Positions 1 through 9,290 of a DNA stretch of 64,000 nt are shown here, one piece after another. A program made the translations under genes and the position numbers. Position 1 is the stretch's first letter, and the number at the start of each line of letters is the position of its first letter. The notes beneath the pieces were generated by a model. That model did not search any database. It saw only the letters and a list, made by a program, of their open reading frames with translations, and had not been told where the DNA came from. Source of the DNA: Candidatus Nanopelagicales bacterium (GTDB lineage: Bacteria > Actinomycetota > Actinomycetes > S36-B12); the NCBI GenBank assembly GCA_028687755.1, contig JAQTZL010000002.1, positions 148,459 to 212,458 of the forward strand, given 5' to 3'.

Positions 1-158
1 GCATCGCCGCACGTGTACTTGATGACAATGGCGCACTGCGCCGTTTCGTCAACATCTACATCAATGATGACGATGTGCGCTTCATTGACAGCTTGAACTC
101 ACCAACCGCTGATGGCGCACAGATCTCGATCATTCCTGCTGTTGCTGGTGGTTGCTAA
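1..158 (+). CDS. cysO: MoaD/ThiS-family sulfur-carrier protein (CysO-like), 3' fragment; the 5' end lies outside the window
   Basis: Frame 3 is open at the window edge, so it is absent from the ORF track. It reads ...LRRFVNIYINDDDVRFIDSLNSPTADGAQISIIPAVAGGC*. This is the beta-grasp C-terminus and Gly-Gly tail of CysO/MoaD/ThiS carriers. Stop TAA at 156-158. Confidence 0.65.
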   Translation, partial: IAARVLDDNGALRRFVNIYINDDDVRFIDSLNSPTADGAQISIIPAVAGGC

Positions 159-250
159 CTCTTTGAGTTGCCTCGCCTGACCAACAATGCGATTAGGCCG
201 ATTGACAGTGTTGCAGCGATAAGCGCAGCAACCGAAACGATTGTGCTCAT
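155..250 (-). CDS. possible 31-aa hydrophobic micro-protein (single TM helix)
   Basis: ATG at 250 and TAG at 155-157 give MSTIVSVAALIAATLSIGLIALLVRRGNSKS. A GGAAGGA SD-like motif lies 8 nt upstream. The ORF is below the 60-aa track cutoff and has no homology support. Confidence 0.2.
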   Translation of the reverse strand: MSTIVSVAALIAATLSIGLIALLVRRGNSKS

Positions 251-320
251 AGCAGCGTTCCTTCCATCTTCTACGGGTCAAGTTAGGTGCATTTGCAAGC
301 TTTACGGCCCCTAAAACCAA

Positions 321-350
321 GAAAACCTCACCCAACTGGGTGAGGTTTTC
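321..350. terminator. bidirectional intrinsic terminator hairpin
   Basis: GAAAACCTCACC / GGTGAGGTTTTC forms a perfect 12-bp stem with a 6-nt loop. It is flanked by an A-run upstream and T-rich sequence downstream. It lies between the cysO end and the tRNA-Lys 3' end. Confidence 0.7.
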
Positions 351-364
351 TTGGTCGAACGTAG

Positions 365-437
<73 letters not shown>

Positions 438-463
438 GTATTGCGAGGCAAAACTATAACAGC

Positions 464-1954
464 CTAGGCAGTGGCAGATTTGGCTGCCTCAAGAATGGCT
501 GCGGCGATCTGGGTTTGGCCCATTGGATTTGGATGAAATGCGGCACCCAACATTGGTCCGCCAAGCTGCACACCAAAAACCCAACTTTGTGATCCCGCGC
601 AAATGCCATGGCCAATGGGTGAATCACCTGAGCGTGTCCAGCTCGCAGTAACCGGCTTCCATCCCAGGTTCACCGTGTTACTGATTTGTTGATTCAGCGA
701 TGAGCTCACTGGCAGCGCAACCGACGTTTGTGCAGATGTTCGATAGGTGACGGTAGGGGGCGGTGCAGGATTGAGCATTGATGATCGAGCCCAACTGAAA
801 TCCTCTTGGGTCATTGTCAGATACGAGCAGATAGCGCCATTGCTATTGCGGGCAATGTCTGGGTACAACGTGGGAAGTACAGCGACTGTTGGGGAAAGTG
901 TCGGTGCGTTGGTGCAAATCTTTCCTGTCAGGCAATTGGCCACTTCGGCGTAGGAGGCAGCGAGTTTGGCTGTTTGGTCAGCGACGCCAGCATTGAGCGT
1001 TGGGTAATTCTTTAACGGGCCTGCGCCTGGCTTACTGAGTGGGCAATTAGCCGTAGTGAAACATGCGTTGAGTACCGATCCAAAGCCGATGTCATTCCCG
1101 CCGACGGAAAGTGAAATGACGTCAACGCTTTGATTGCCAAGGATCGTCTTCGCGAGCGCAACTTGCGATTGAGACGTCCCTGGTTGCACGCCCAAGATGC
1201 CTTGCCGAATCGTTGCACCGCTGCACGAGACATCAACGAGCGTGACGGAGGTTTGAGGCGAAGTTTTTTCAAGGGCAAGTGCAGCGAGGGCTGGCGCTCC
1301 ACGCACACTGCGATGGCACCCAGATTCATCCCAGTACGGCGTAAAGGTAGAAAAAAGCCCGCCTTGTGTGATCCATGCATTGACATTGCGAGGATTTCCT
1401 TCTCCCGATGCATATGAATCACCGAGGCTCAAAAACACGATGTTGTTCACTCGTGCCGGTATGTCGATTGAACTGACATTTGTTCCGCTCGAGACAGTCA
1501 ACGTAAAGGTGTAGTCACCTTCGGGGAGTGTCACGCGAGTACGGCAAGTTTTTGGAGTGAGTGACTTTTTTGCTACTGCTGTGATCACTTGAGTTGCGGA
1601 GTTCTTGATTGTCCATTGAAAGGACGAGCCGGTAGATGCGCACGCATTGAGTGACACAGGGAAGCCAGCGGGCGAGAGGTACCAGGAAAGAGTGCCACCG
1701 ATCAGCCGTTCGTTCGGTTGCGCAATGTGATTACCTGCGCCAACCATCTGTGGCGAAGGGGTAAGCGAGAGTGCCCCGGATTTAGGAACACCTCCATCAC
1801 CGTCAATGGCACCGTCGCGATTGACGTCCTTGGTCATATCCACCATCGACCACGAGCCTTTGGCCACAGTGTTAGGGCCCGCAAGAACATTAGGTGCGAG
1901 TGACAATGTGAGGGCTCCGGCAATCGTGATCGCCAGAGTTGATTTACGCCACAT
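464..1954 (-). CDS. secreted SGNH/GDSL-family hydrolase (lipase/esterase-like) with an N-terminal extra domain
   Basis: Block I motif FLSLGDSYASGEGN is present. The signal-peptide-like N-terminus MWRKSTLAITIAGALTLSLAPNVLAG starts at ATG 1954; the track ORF extends to a TTG at 1999. DVNRDGAIDGDGG is a Ca-binding-like loop. Confidence 0.75.
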   Translation of the reverse strand: MWRKSTLAITIAGALTLSLAPNVLAGPNTVAKGSWSMVDMTKDVNRDGAIDGDGGVPKSGALSLTPSPQMVGAGNHIAQPNERLIGGTLSWYLSPAGFPVSLNACASTGSSFQWTIKNSATQVITAVAKKSLTPKTCRTRVTLPEGDYTFTLTVSSGTNVSSIDIPARVNNIVFLSLGDSYASGEGNPRNVNAWITQGGLFSTFTPYWDESGCHRSVRGAPALAALALEKTSPQTSVTLVDVSCSGATIRQGILGVQPGTSQSQVALAKTILGNQSVDVISLSVGGNDIGFGSVLNACFTTANCPLSKPGAGPLKNYPTLNAGVADQTAKLAASYAEVANCLTGKICTNAPTLSPTVAVLPTLYPDIARNSNGAICSYLTMTQEDFSWARSSMLNPAPPPTVTYRTSAQTSVALPVSSSLNQQISNTVNLGWKPVTASWTRSGDSPIGHGICAGSQSWVFGVQLGGPMLGAAFHPNPMGQTQIAAAILEAAKSATA

Positions 1955-2168
1955 AAGGGCAGTGCCTGCAATTATTGGAACAACACTTTCCCCGCTCAAG
2001 GTGGGCTGCAGCAGTCATCACAAACAACCCGCTGGCTGGGTCCATGTATCCGGCGTCCCCGCGCGCAAGGGCGGCGGCATGGCAGAGGATGATTTCGTCG
2101 TAGTGCTCATGATCGAATGGCAACCGATCAGGGTGCGGCTGCGTCAAAGGACGGGACGGAGCGGGCAT
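1944..2168 (-). CDS. small cysteine-rich protein, DUF5522-like (C-terminal CCxxxCRHCPY motif)
   Basis: From ATG 2168 the sequence reads MPAPSRPLTQPHPDRLPFDHEHYDEIILCHAAALARGDAGYMDPASGLFVMTAAAHLERGKCCSNNCRHCPYVA. The family call is from memory of the motif. Confidence 0.5.
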   Translation of the reverse strand: MPAPSRPLTQPHPDRLPFDHEHYDEIILCHAAALARGDAGYMDPASGLFVMTAAAHLERGKCCSNNCRHCPYVA

Positions 2169-2193
2169 ACCGATGATTATGCAGGAGGCGCAC

Positions 2194-3684
2194 ATGCGAA
2201 GCATTGAGCACTGGATTGATGGGTCATTGACGTCAGGCTCTGGATCAGGCACTTCAGCGGTGTACAACCCGGCGACGGGTCAGCAGCAGGCACAGGTGGT
2301 GCTCGGTACTTCGGCAGATGTCGACGCAGCGGTGGTGAGTGCAACCCGTGCCTTTGAAGAGTGGAGTCAGTCTTCACTCAGTCGTCGCACCAAAGTGCTG
2401 TTTGCCTTCCGCGAGTTGGTCAATGCGCGAGCCCAAGAGCTCGCCGAACTCATTACTGACGAGCACGGCAAGGTTCTCTCAGATGCGCTTGGTGAAGTGC
2501 AACGAGGTTTGGAAGTTGTCGAATTTGCGTGCGGAATTCCACAAGTGCTCAAGGGTGAATATTCAGACCAGGTTTCAGCAGACGTTGATAGTTACTCATA
2601 TCGTGAACCCCTAGGTGTGGTGGCAGGGATTACGCCGTTTAATTTTCCGGCGATGGTCCCGATGTGGATGTTCCCTATTGCAATCGCCACGGGTAACACC
2701 TTCATTTTGAAACCCAGCGAACGCGATCCTTCGGCTTCACTCTTGCTTGCTCGCCTTTGGCAGGAAGCAGGCTTGCCAGATGGTGTATTCAACGTTGTTC
2801 AAGGTGACGCAACAACTGTCGATGCGATTCTGGATCACCCAGGAATCGCAGCGGTCTCATTTGTTGGTTCCACATCAATAGCTCGTCATATTCATGCGCG
2901 TGCAACAGCTGCCGGCAAACGAGTCCAGGCACTTGGTGGAGCAAAGAATCATGCCGTGGTGCTACCTGACGCCGATCTTGAATTCGCCGCAACGCATTTG
3001 ACTGCAGCTGCCTTTGGTTCTGCTGGCGAGCGTTGCATGGCTATTTCAGTGGCTGTGGCCGTTGGTAGTGCGGCCGAAGGGCTTGTGGAACTCCTGGAAA
3101 CGCAAGCACGTGAGATACATGTGGGCTCCGGGCGTGATGCAGGTATCGACATGGGACCAGTGGTGACTGCGCAGGCCAAGCAGCGCATCATCGATCTCGT
3201 GAATTCTGCGCACACGCAAGGTGCGGATGTTCGGGTCGATGGTCGAAATATTCATGTCGCAGGTTTCGAAGAAGGATTCTTCGTTGGCCCGACCTTGATT
3301 GATGGCGTAGCGGCGACGATGGATGTCTACCAACAAGAAGTTTTTGGGCCAGTGCTCGCAGTGGTGCGAGTTAGCGCTCTTGAAGATGCGATCGCATTCA
3401 TCAACGCAAATCCATATGGCAACGGAACGGCTGTGTTCACGAATAGCGGATCAGCAGCTCGCGCATTCATTCGTGGGGTCCATGTAGGCATGGTGGGTGT
3501 GAACGTTCCTGTTCCAGTGCCGATGGCTTACCACTCATTTGGCGGATGGAAAGACTCACTGATTGGGGAACACCACATGCATGGGGCTGAAGGGGTGCAT
3601 TTCTACACGCGTGGCAAGGTCGTTACCGCCCGCTGGCCGCACGATGCCTTGGGTGCCTCCTTTGATATGCCGACCGCGCGATAG
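2194..3684 (+). CDS. mmsA: methylmalonate-semialdehyde dehydrogenase (CoA-acylating)
   Basis: N-terminus MRSIEHWIDG, then FNFPAMVPMWMFPIAIATGNTFILKPSERDP and the ALDH catalytic region ERCMA. CAGGAGG lies 5 nt before ATG 2194; the track ORF begins at 2173. Confidence 0.9.
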   Translation: MRSIEHWIDGSLTSGSGSGTSAVYNPATGQQQAQVVLGTSADVDAAVVSATRAFEEWSQSSLSRRTKVLFAFRELVNARAQELAELITDEHGKVLSDALGEVQRGLEVVEFACGIPQVLKGEYSDQVSADVDSYSYREPLGVVAGITPFNFPAMVPMWMFPIAIATGNTFILKPSERDPSASLLLARLWQEAGLPDGVFNVVQGDATTVDAILDHPGIAAVSFVGSTSIARHIHARATAAGKRVQALGGAKNHAVVLPDADLEFAATHLTAAAFGSAGERCMAISVAVAVGSAAEGLVELLETQAREIHVGSGRDAGIDMGPVVTAQAKQRIIDLVNSAHTQGADVRVDGRNIHVAGFEEGFFVGPTLIDGVAATMDVYQQEVFGPVLAVVRVSALEDAIAFINANPYGNGTAVFTNSGSAARAFIRGVHVGMVGVNVPVPVPMAYHSFGGWKDSLIGEHHMHGAEGVHFYTRGKVVTARWPHDALGASFDMPTAR

Positions 3685-3695
3685 ATACTTCACTC

Positions 3696-4319
3696 ATGTC
3701 CACTGAAGCATTGGTTGAAAGTGCGGAGTTCACTCCGATTGCGAAAAAGGCTCGTCACATCGGAGCGTTCAGTGAAATGTTGGTGTCTTCGCTGCTGTCG
3801 CTGATCGCATCACTGGTGCTCTCTGCTGAAGCCATCACCTTGGCCGCGAACCCCAACGCAGTGTTTTCCTGCGATATCAGTGCCAAGATTTCCTGCAGTG
3901 TGGTGGGTGCTTCCTGGCAGGCTTCATTACTTGGATTTCCAAATGCATTTTTAGGTCTCATTGCAGAGCCTGTGGTGATCACTATTGCCTTGGCATCCCT
4001 TGCCGGCGTGGTGTTCCCTCGCTGGTTCATGAATGCAGCTTGGGTTGTGTACACCGCTGGATTGGTGTTTGCCTACTGGTTGCTCTATGAGGCCTATTTC
4101 AACATTGGTGCGTTGTGCCCGTGGTGCTTGTTAGTGACAGTAACCACGACCATGGTGTTTGCTTCAATGACCCGGGTCAATATTTATCGCAATACCTTTG
4201 GCTTCAGTGATGCCATGCACCAACGACTGACTCGCTGGCTAGATGCCTGGATTGATCAGTACATTGTCGTGGTCATATTTGTGGTCATCGGAGCAATGAT
4301 TGTGGTTCGCTATCTCTAA
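3696..4319 (+). CDS. vitamin K epoxide reductase (VKOR) family membrane protein
   Basis: Multi-TM protein with a loop Cys pair (CDISAKISC) and the active-site CPWC in a TM helix. Confidence 0.8.
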   Translation: MSTEALVESAEFTPIAKKARHIGAFSEMLVSSLLSLIASLVLSAEAITLAANPNAVFSCDISAKISCSVVGASWQASLLGFPNAFLGLIAEPVVITIALASLAGVVFPRWFMNAAWVVYTAGLVFAYWLLYEAYFNIGALCPWCLLVTVTTTMVFASMTRVNIYRNTFGFSDAMHQRLTRWLDAWIDQYIVVVIFVVIGAMIVVRYL

Positions 4320-4366
4320 GAGTTGTTTACGCGTTTTATTTGACCACTAACCGATGAGGAGTCAAC

Positions 4367-4924
4367 ATGAGTAACGAATGGGGTCCGCTCGCCGGTCTTG
4401 CTGGTGAATGGGAAGGCGAAGGCGGAGTCGATCGCGCATTCAAACACAGCAAAAACGTTGTCTTTGACACTGATTACCGCGAGAAGTGCTCAATGAAGCC
4501 ATTTGGCCCGGTCGACAACGGTTCCCAGATTTTGTACGGCTTGGATTACAAGTCTGCGATGTGGCGTGATGATGAAGAAAACCCATTCCACACTGAAGTG
4601 GGTTACTGGCTTTGGGATGCAGCAACAGGTGAAGTGATGAAGGGCTTTGTTGTTCCTCGCGGAATTTCGGTTCTGGCTGGGGGCGTGACCACAGCTGATT
4701 CGAAGCAGTGGACGATGAAAGCTGCAATTGGCGATGAGCGGTATGCAATTGGTGAGAATCAATATCTTGCCAAGAATGCAAGCAGTCGCACATATGAAGT
4801 GACGATCACTGTTGGCGATGGAACGTTTTCATATGATCAGGTGACCATGCTCAATATGAAGGAATTCAACGAGCCGTTCGCGCATACAGATCGACACACA
4901 CTTCGCAAAGTGAGTGATCTCTAA
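4367..4924 (+). CDS. heme-binding beta-barrel (nitrobindin/DUF1794-like) protein
   Basis: GPLAGLAGEWEGEG start, the FHTEVGYWLW motif and a C-terminal His region (FAHTDRHTL). GAGGAG SD upstream. Confidence 0.5.
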   Translation: MSNEWGPLAGLAGEWEGEGGVDRAFKHSKNVVFDTDYREKCSMKPFGPVDNGSQILYGLDYKSAMWRDDEENPFHTEVGYWLWDAATGEVMKGFVVPRGISVLAGGVTTADSKQWTMKAAIGDERYAIGENQYLAKNASSRTYEVTITVGDGTFSYDQVTMLNMKEFNEPFAHTDRHTLRKVSDL

Positions 4925-4929
4925 ACGAA

Positions 4930-5661
4930 TTACGCAGTGGCAACCTTCGGTAACATTTGTGCTGAAAGCCATTCCACTCCGGCATCAAGTGCTGGGGTGG
5001 AATGTGAGGTCACCACTATTTCAACCAGTGGCATAGTGGCGTGGAAACTTGGGTATGAACCAAGGCGCACATCCGGATGCTCGCCTTCAAACGCATGCAG
5101 TACTCCCAGAATTTGATCTTCAGTGGTTTCAAAGGTCAAAGTGCGAGATGAAATAACCGTTCCCGTGGCAGGGAGATCAAGTACAGCAAACATGCTGCGC
5201 ATTTCTGTAGGAACACCAGGCAGCACTACAACATTGTGAATGCGAAAGCCAGGTGTTCCACCGCAAGGTGAATAGATAGGTGTTGCGCCGGCGGGGAATG
5301 TCGCAACTTTGCGGGCAAGTTCAGGTGTCGCCCACGAACATAACGTCATCATTTCGGCCGCAAGCGTTTCGTTTATTTCAAGTTCGCAGTCAAAGGCTCG
5401 AGCTACTGCATGGCGAGTGATGTCATCTGGCGTAAATCCAAGCCCGCCACTGACAAGAACAACATCGGATGAGCGTGCGGCCATTGTGAGCAGATCGACA
5501 ATGAGTGCTTCTTCATCAGGAACAGTGATGTTGATGCGAGGCCAGTAGCCCTGTTCGATGAGTTGTTGTGACAACCACATGCAATTTTCATTTGCGATGC
5601 GTCCTTCAACAATTTCATTGCCGATGGTGACAACTGCGGCAGTGCGACGGGTGTTGGTCAT
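4930..5661 (-). CDS. CinA-like molybdopterin-binding (MoCF_biosynth) domain protein
   Basis: AAVVTIGNEIVEGRIANENCMWLSQQL and VLVSGGLGFTPDDIT motifs. ATGA overlap with the upstream TetR gene. Confidence 0.7.
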   Translation of the reverse strand: MTNTRRTAAVVTIGNEIVEGRIANENCMWLSQQLIEQGYWPRINITVPDEEALIVDLLTMAARSSDVVLVSGGLGFTPDDITRHAVARAFDCELEINETLAAEMMTLCSWATPELARKVATFPAGATPIYSPCGGTPGFRIHNVVVLPGVPTEMRSMFAVLDLPATGTVISSRTLTFETTEDQILGVLHAFEGEHPDVRLGSYPSFHATMPLVEIVVTSHSTPALDAGVEWLSAQMLPKVATA

Positions 5662-6371
5662 GCTGGGTTCGCAAACACTGTTGCCAGGTGATTTTGAACA
5701 AAGAGCAACAGGCCCTCGCGACTTCCTGATGGCACTGGCAAACCTTGGGTTACGTAGAGGTACATCCAGCGGTTAACCAAGAGAAGTAAGAGGCGAATCT
5801 GCTCGAGTGGGTCGGCAATCTTTGGAATAAAGCCAGCAGCAAGCCAGCCATCAAGCGCATTGCGTGCGGTGGCTTCTTGAACGTGCAAGAACTCCTGGGC
5901 CACTTCGGTATGGAGCATGACCAAAGTGACCAGCATGGCGTCTTCGCGGAATCGGGCTTCGAGATCATCGAGCCAGCGCTGCAGGGATTCGGGGCTGAAG
6001 GGATCTGCTTGACCCAAGGCCGAAACCGAGGCATTGAGGTCGACGGTCTCTGCAACGGCAATCGCCACAGCGATGTCTGATTTGCTGGTGAAATGTGAGT
6101 AAAAGGTGGTTCGTCCCGCATTTGCCCGCTCAGTGATCTCTTCCACGGTGGCTGCATCGAAGCCTTTTTCGTTGAAGACCTCCAGGCCTGCATCCATGAG
6201 GCGGCGGCGGGTGAGCTCTTTTTGGGCCTCACGGATGGGGCCGCGCTTATTGGCTCGGGCCTGGGCGATGCCCGTGACGGGCGAAGGAACCATGGCCATA
6301 ACCAAATCCCTTCCATCTTTATCGGGCAAAACCATTGACAAGGTGTGCGCGAGATCATACGTTCCATTCAC
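5658..6371 (-). CDS. TetR family transcriptional regulator (start uncertain)
   Basis: HTH region FNEKGFDAATVEEITERANAGRTTFYSHFTSKSDI. Internal Met codons at 6335 and 6299 are alternative starts. Confidence 0.8.
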   Translation of the reverse strand: MNGTYDLAHTLSMVLPDKDGRDLVMAMVPSPVTGIAQARANKRGPIREAQKELTRRRLMDAGLEVFNEKGFDAATVEEITERANAGRTTFYSHFTSKSDIAVAIAVAETVDLNASVSALGQADPFSPESLQRWLDDLEARFREDAMLVTLVMLHTEVAQEFLHVQEATARNALDGWLAAGFIPKIADPLEQIRLLLLLVNRWMYLYVTQGLPVPSGSREGLLLFVQNHLATVFANPA

Positions 6372-6450
6372 TCAATGAACAAGTGTCGGCGAATGGATAT
6401 TTGTCTTGGGTAGTTCACACACCGGAGCTGGTCCGAAGGGAGTTGAGCAC

Positions 6451-7167
6451 GTGTCCGTTGCTGCATTGCGCCTGTCTGACACGCCCACCTCCACTGACCT
6501 TGGAAGTAAGTCGGTGATGGGTCGCGGCCTGTTCATTATGGAGACGCTGAGCCATAGCTCAGATGGGTTGAGCTATGCCGAAATTTCAACGGCAACCGGG
6601 TTGCCGAAGTCAACGGTGCATCGCATTGTGGGTCAACTCATCGAGTTGAGATTAGTCGCGCGGTCGCGCAGTGGATTTATTTTGGGGCTTCGAGTTTTTG
6701 AATGGGGCAGCAAGGCAGGGGGCAATGTGCCGCTGCGGCAAGCTGCCATGCCACAGCTCGTTGCCTTGAGTAATGAGTTCGGGGAAACCGTGCACCTTGG
6801 AGTGCTCGACGTCGCAGACGTTGTTTATCTGGAAAAACTTGAACCAGATACTGGAGTGAAGTGTCCAACACGCGTGGGTGATCGGCTCCCAGCGGCTACC
6901 ACAGCTCTGGGTAAAGCGATGCTGGCGTTCAAACACAGTCCCGGTGTACAGGATTCCTTCGTGTGTGTTGAGCAAGAAGAGTCTTTCGCGGGGTTGTCTT
7001 GTGTCGCGTCACCAATTTTAGATCGCAGGATGCGTCCTATCGGCGCAATCTCGATCAGCGTTCCTGCAGATCGCTTTGTGGCCGAAAAATTCGCACCGCG
7101 AGTCCGTATGGCGGCAGAAAGAACAGCAAGGCAATTACTTGGTACCACTCGTCTGGAACAGCACTAA
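6451..7167 (+). CDS. IclR family transcriptional regulator
   Basis: wHTH LSYAEISTATGLPKSTVHRIVGQLIELRLV plus a C-terminal effector domain. GTG 6451 is preceded by GAAGGGAG; the track ORF starts at 6406. Confidence 0.8.
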   Translation: MSVAALRLSDTPTSTDLGSKSVMGRGLFIMETLSHSSDGLSYAEISTATGLPKSTVHRIVGQLIELRLVARSRSGFILGLRVFEWGSKAGGNVPLRQAAMPQLVALSNEFGETVHLGVLDVADVVYLEKLEPDTGVKCPTRVGDRLPAATTALGKAMLAFKHSPGVQDSFVCVEQEESFAGLSCVASPILDRRMRPIGAISISVPADRFVAEKFAPRVRMAAERTARQLLGTTRLEQH

Positions 7168-7215
7168 CCGCTTTAATCGCATCACTCAATCACCATCGAA
7201 TTAGGAGATACCGGC

Positions 7216-8415
7216 ATGTCGAAGCCAAATGGCCGCATGAAGTTCGGAACATTCATTTCCCCAGTGCACTCAAGCCGTAAGAGCCCAACGCTTGCGCTCC
7301 AACGCGATGTTGAACTCATTGAGCACATGGACCGCCTTGGATTCGATGAGGCATGGATGGGTGAGCATCACTCAACAGGCTGGGAGTTCGTTGCCTCTCC
7401 CGATGTATTCCTTTCGTACGTTGCGGCTCGCACCTCTCGAATCAAACTTGGTGCTGGTGTGGTTTCGCTTCCTTACCACCATCCATTCAACGTGGCCGAG
7501 CGCTTCATGATGCTCGACCATCTTTCACATGGACGAATCATGTTGGGCGTCGGCCCAGGTGCGCTTCCTTACGACGCAGAAGCCATGGGTATCAGCACGT
7601 TGAATACGCGCGAGATGATGGAGCAATCAGTCGAAGCCATCATGGCTCTGATCCGTGGCGAGCGCGTCACGATGAAGACCGACTGGTTCGAACTCAATGG
7701 AGCTGCACTGCAACTCAAGCCTTACAACGGCAAAGACATTGATGTTGCGATCGCAGCAACGATCTCGCCAAATGGTCCACGCCTTGCAGGTCGCCTTGGC
7801 GCAACGTTGTTGTCCATGAACGCAACACAGCAAGCAGGCTTCAACGTTCTTGCTGAGCACTGGGACATCATGGAAGAGCAAGCTGAGCGTTACGGCACTC
7901 CAGTCTCTCGTGATCAGTGGCGCATGGTTGGCCCGATGTACATTGCAGAAACCGAAGAGCAGGCCTACGCAGATGTTGAACAAGGCATTCAGGAATGGGC
8001 GTACTACATGAAGGACGTCAGCACCCTGCCGATCCTTCCTGCATCAGGTTTGGTTGACGGCTCCTGGGCTAAGACATTGGTCGCATCAGGCTTCGCGATT
8101 ATTGGTACTCCAGAAATGGCCATCGCGCAGATTGAGCGCCTGTATGAACAAGCTGGTGGCTTCGGCACCTACCTGCTCTGGGCGCATGAGTGGGCCAATC
8201 GTGTGAACACCTTGAAGTCATACGAACTCTTCGCAAACGAAGTGATTCCGCACTTCACCGGAAGCACCGAATGGATGATCAAGGCCGAGGAATACGCAAT
8301 TCAGCGTCGCCCGGATCTCACTCCTGACGTTCTTGCAGCTCGCGAAAAGGCTCGTAAGCAATTTGCTGACGAGCGTGCAGCTGATCCGAACTACAAGCCA
8401 AAGAGTGGCGAGTAG
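7216..8415 (+). CDS. LLM-class (luciferase-like) flavin-dependent monooxygenase, LimB-like, paralog 1
   Basis: MKFGTFISPVHS...GFDEAWMGEHHS...GVGPGALP. AGGAGA SD. Paralogous to 11078-12238. Confidence 0.8.
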   Translation: MSKPNGRMKFGTFISPVHSSRKSPTLALQRDVELIEHMDRLGFDEAWMGEHHSTGWEFVASPDVFLSYVAARTSRIKLGAGVVSLPYHHPFNVAERFMMLDHLSHGRIMLGVGPGALPYDAEAMGISTLNTREMMEQSVEAIMALIRGERVTMKTDWFELNGAALQLKPYNGKDIDVAIAATISPNGPRLAGRLGATLLSMNATQQAGFNVLAEHWDIMEEQAERYGTPVSRDQWRMVGPMYIAETEEQAYADVEQGIQEWAYYMKDVSTLPILPASGLVDGSWAKTLVASGFAIIGTPEMAIAQIERLYEQAGGFGTYLLWAHEWANRVNTLKSYELFANEVIPHFTGSTEWMIKAEEYAIQRRPDLTPDVLAAREKARKQFADERAADPNYKPKSGE

Positions 8416-8423
8416 GTCATTCA

Positions 8424-9290
8424 ATGAAGTTTGGGGTATCTCGGGTTCCAACGGGTAAGGGTGCATCTGACCCTGACTACGTTGCGCAACTTGGTGCCAT
8501 CGCTGAGGCGCGCAATTGCGAGTCCTTGTGGATGGTGGAACATGTGGTGGTTCCTGCCTCGTATGACTCTGTCTACCCCTTTGATTCCAGCGGAAAAATG
8601 GGGTTGACCGGCAACGATGATTTACCAGATCCGATCGTGTGGATGAGTTACCTCGCTGCGTCAACGAAGAAAATCAAGCTTGCCACCGGTGTCGTGATTT
8701 TGCCGATTCGTAATCCAGTTGTGCTTGCTAAGCAAATGGCAACCTTGGATCGCTTGTCGAACGGTCGCATCATTCTTGGCCTAGGTCTTGGGTGGCTGTC
8801 TGAGGAATTTGATGCAGTTGGCGTTCCATTTGCTCGGCGAGGAGCTCGGGCCGATGAATATCTCGAAGCTATGACCGCCCTATGGGCTCAATCACCTGCA
8901 ACCTTCAACGGTGAATTCGTCAACTTCGAAAACATGTACTGCACACCGCAACCAGAATCCAGATCAATTCCGCTGGTGATTGGCGGAATATCTGAAGCAG
9001 CAGTGCGCCGTGCAGTGCGCTTTGGTGCAGGCATGCACCTCATGCGCTCAAGTGCGGATGAAGTGCGCAAGGTGAAGCAGCGCATTGCTGATGAGTGCGA
9101 GCGCACTGGTAAAAACGCCGACGACATTGAAATAACGATGGTGGCTCCGGCAACTGTTGAACAGTTGCAAGAGCTCGATGAGCTTGGCGTCAACCGCGTA
9201 TTTCTTTCAGTCTGGGACGGCGATCTCAATGCGTTCTCCGATCGTATTGAGGATTACCAAGCAAATGTGCTTTCAGGGGTTACCTCATGA
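8424..9290 (+). CDS. LLM-class oxidoreductase, probable F420-dependent type
   Basis: MKFGVS...LWMVEHVVVPASYDSVYPF...RIILGLGLGW, the pattern of Rv2161c-type LLM proteins. Confidence 0.7.
   Translation: MKFGVSRVPTGKGASDPDYVAQLGAIAEARNCESLWMVEHVVVPASYDSVYPFDSSGKMGLTGNDDLPDPIVWMSYLAASTKKIKLATGVVILPIRNPVVLAKQMATLDRLSNGRIILGLGLGWLSEEFDAVGVPFARRGARADEYLEAMTALWAQSPATFNGEFVNFENMYCTPQPESRSIPLVIGGISEAAVRRAVRFGAGMHLMRSSADEVRKVKQRIADECERTGKNADDIEITMVAPATVEQLQELDELGVNRVFLSVWDGDLNAFSDRIEDYQANVLSGVTS

Noticed and set aside
99-335. 78-aa minus-strand track ORF.
   Set aside because: It overlaps the cysO 3' end and runs into the terminator hairpin. Its composition is Arg/Cys-rich, typical of an off-frame reading, and it has no SD.
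5750-6367. 205-aa ORF on the same strand as the TetR gene but in another frame.
   Set aside because: The 237-aa frame contains an unmistakable TetR HTH. The alternative frame is Pro/Ser/Trp-rich low-complexity sequence, typical of shadow ORFs.
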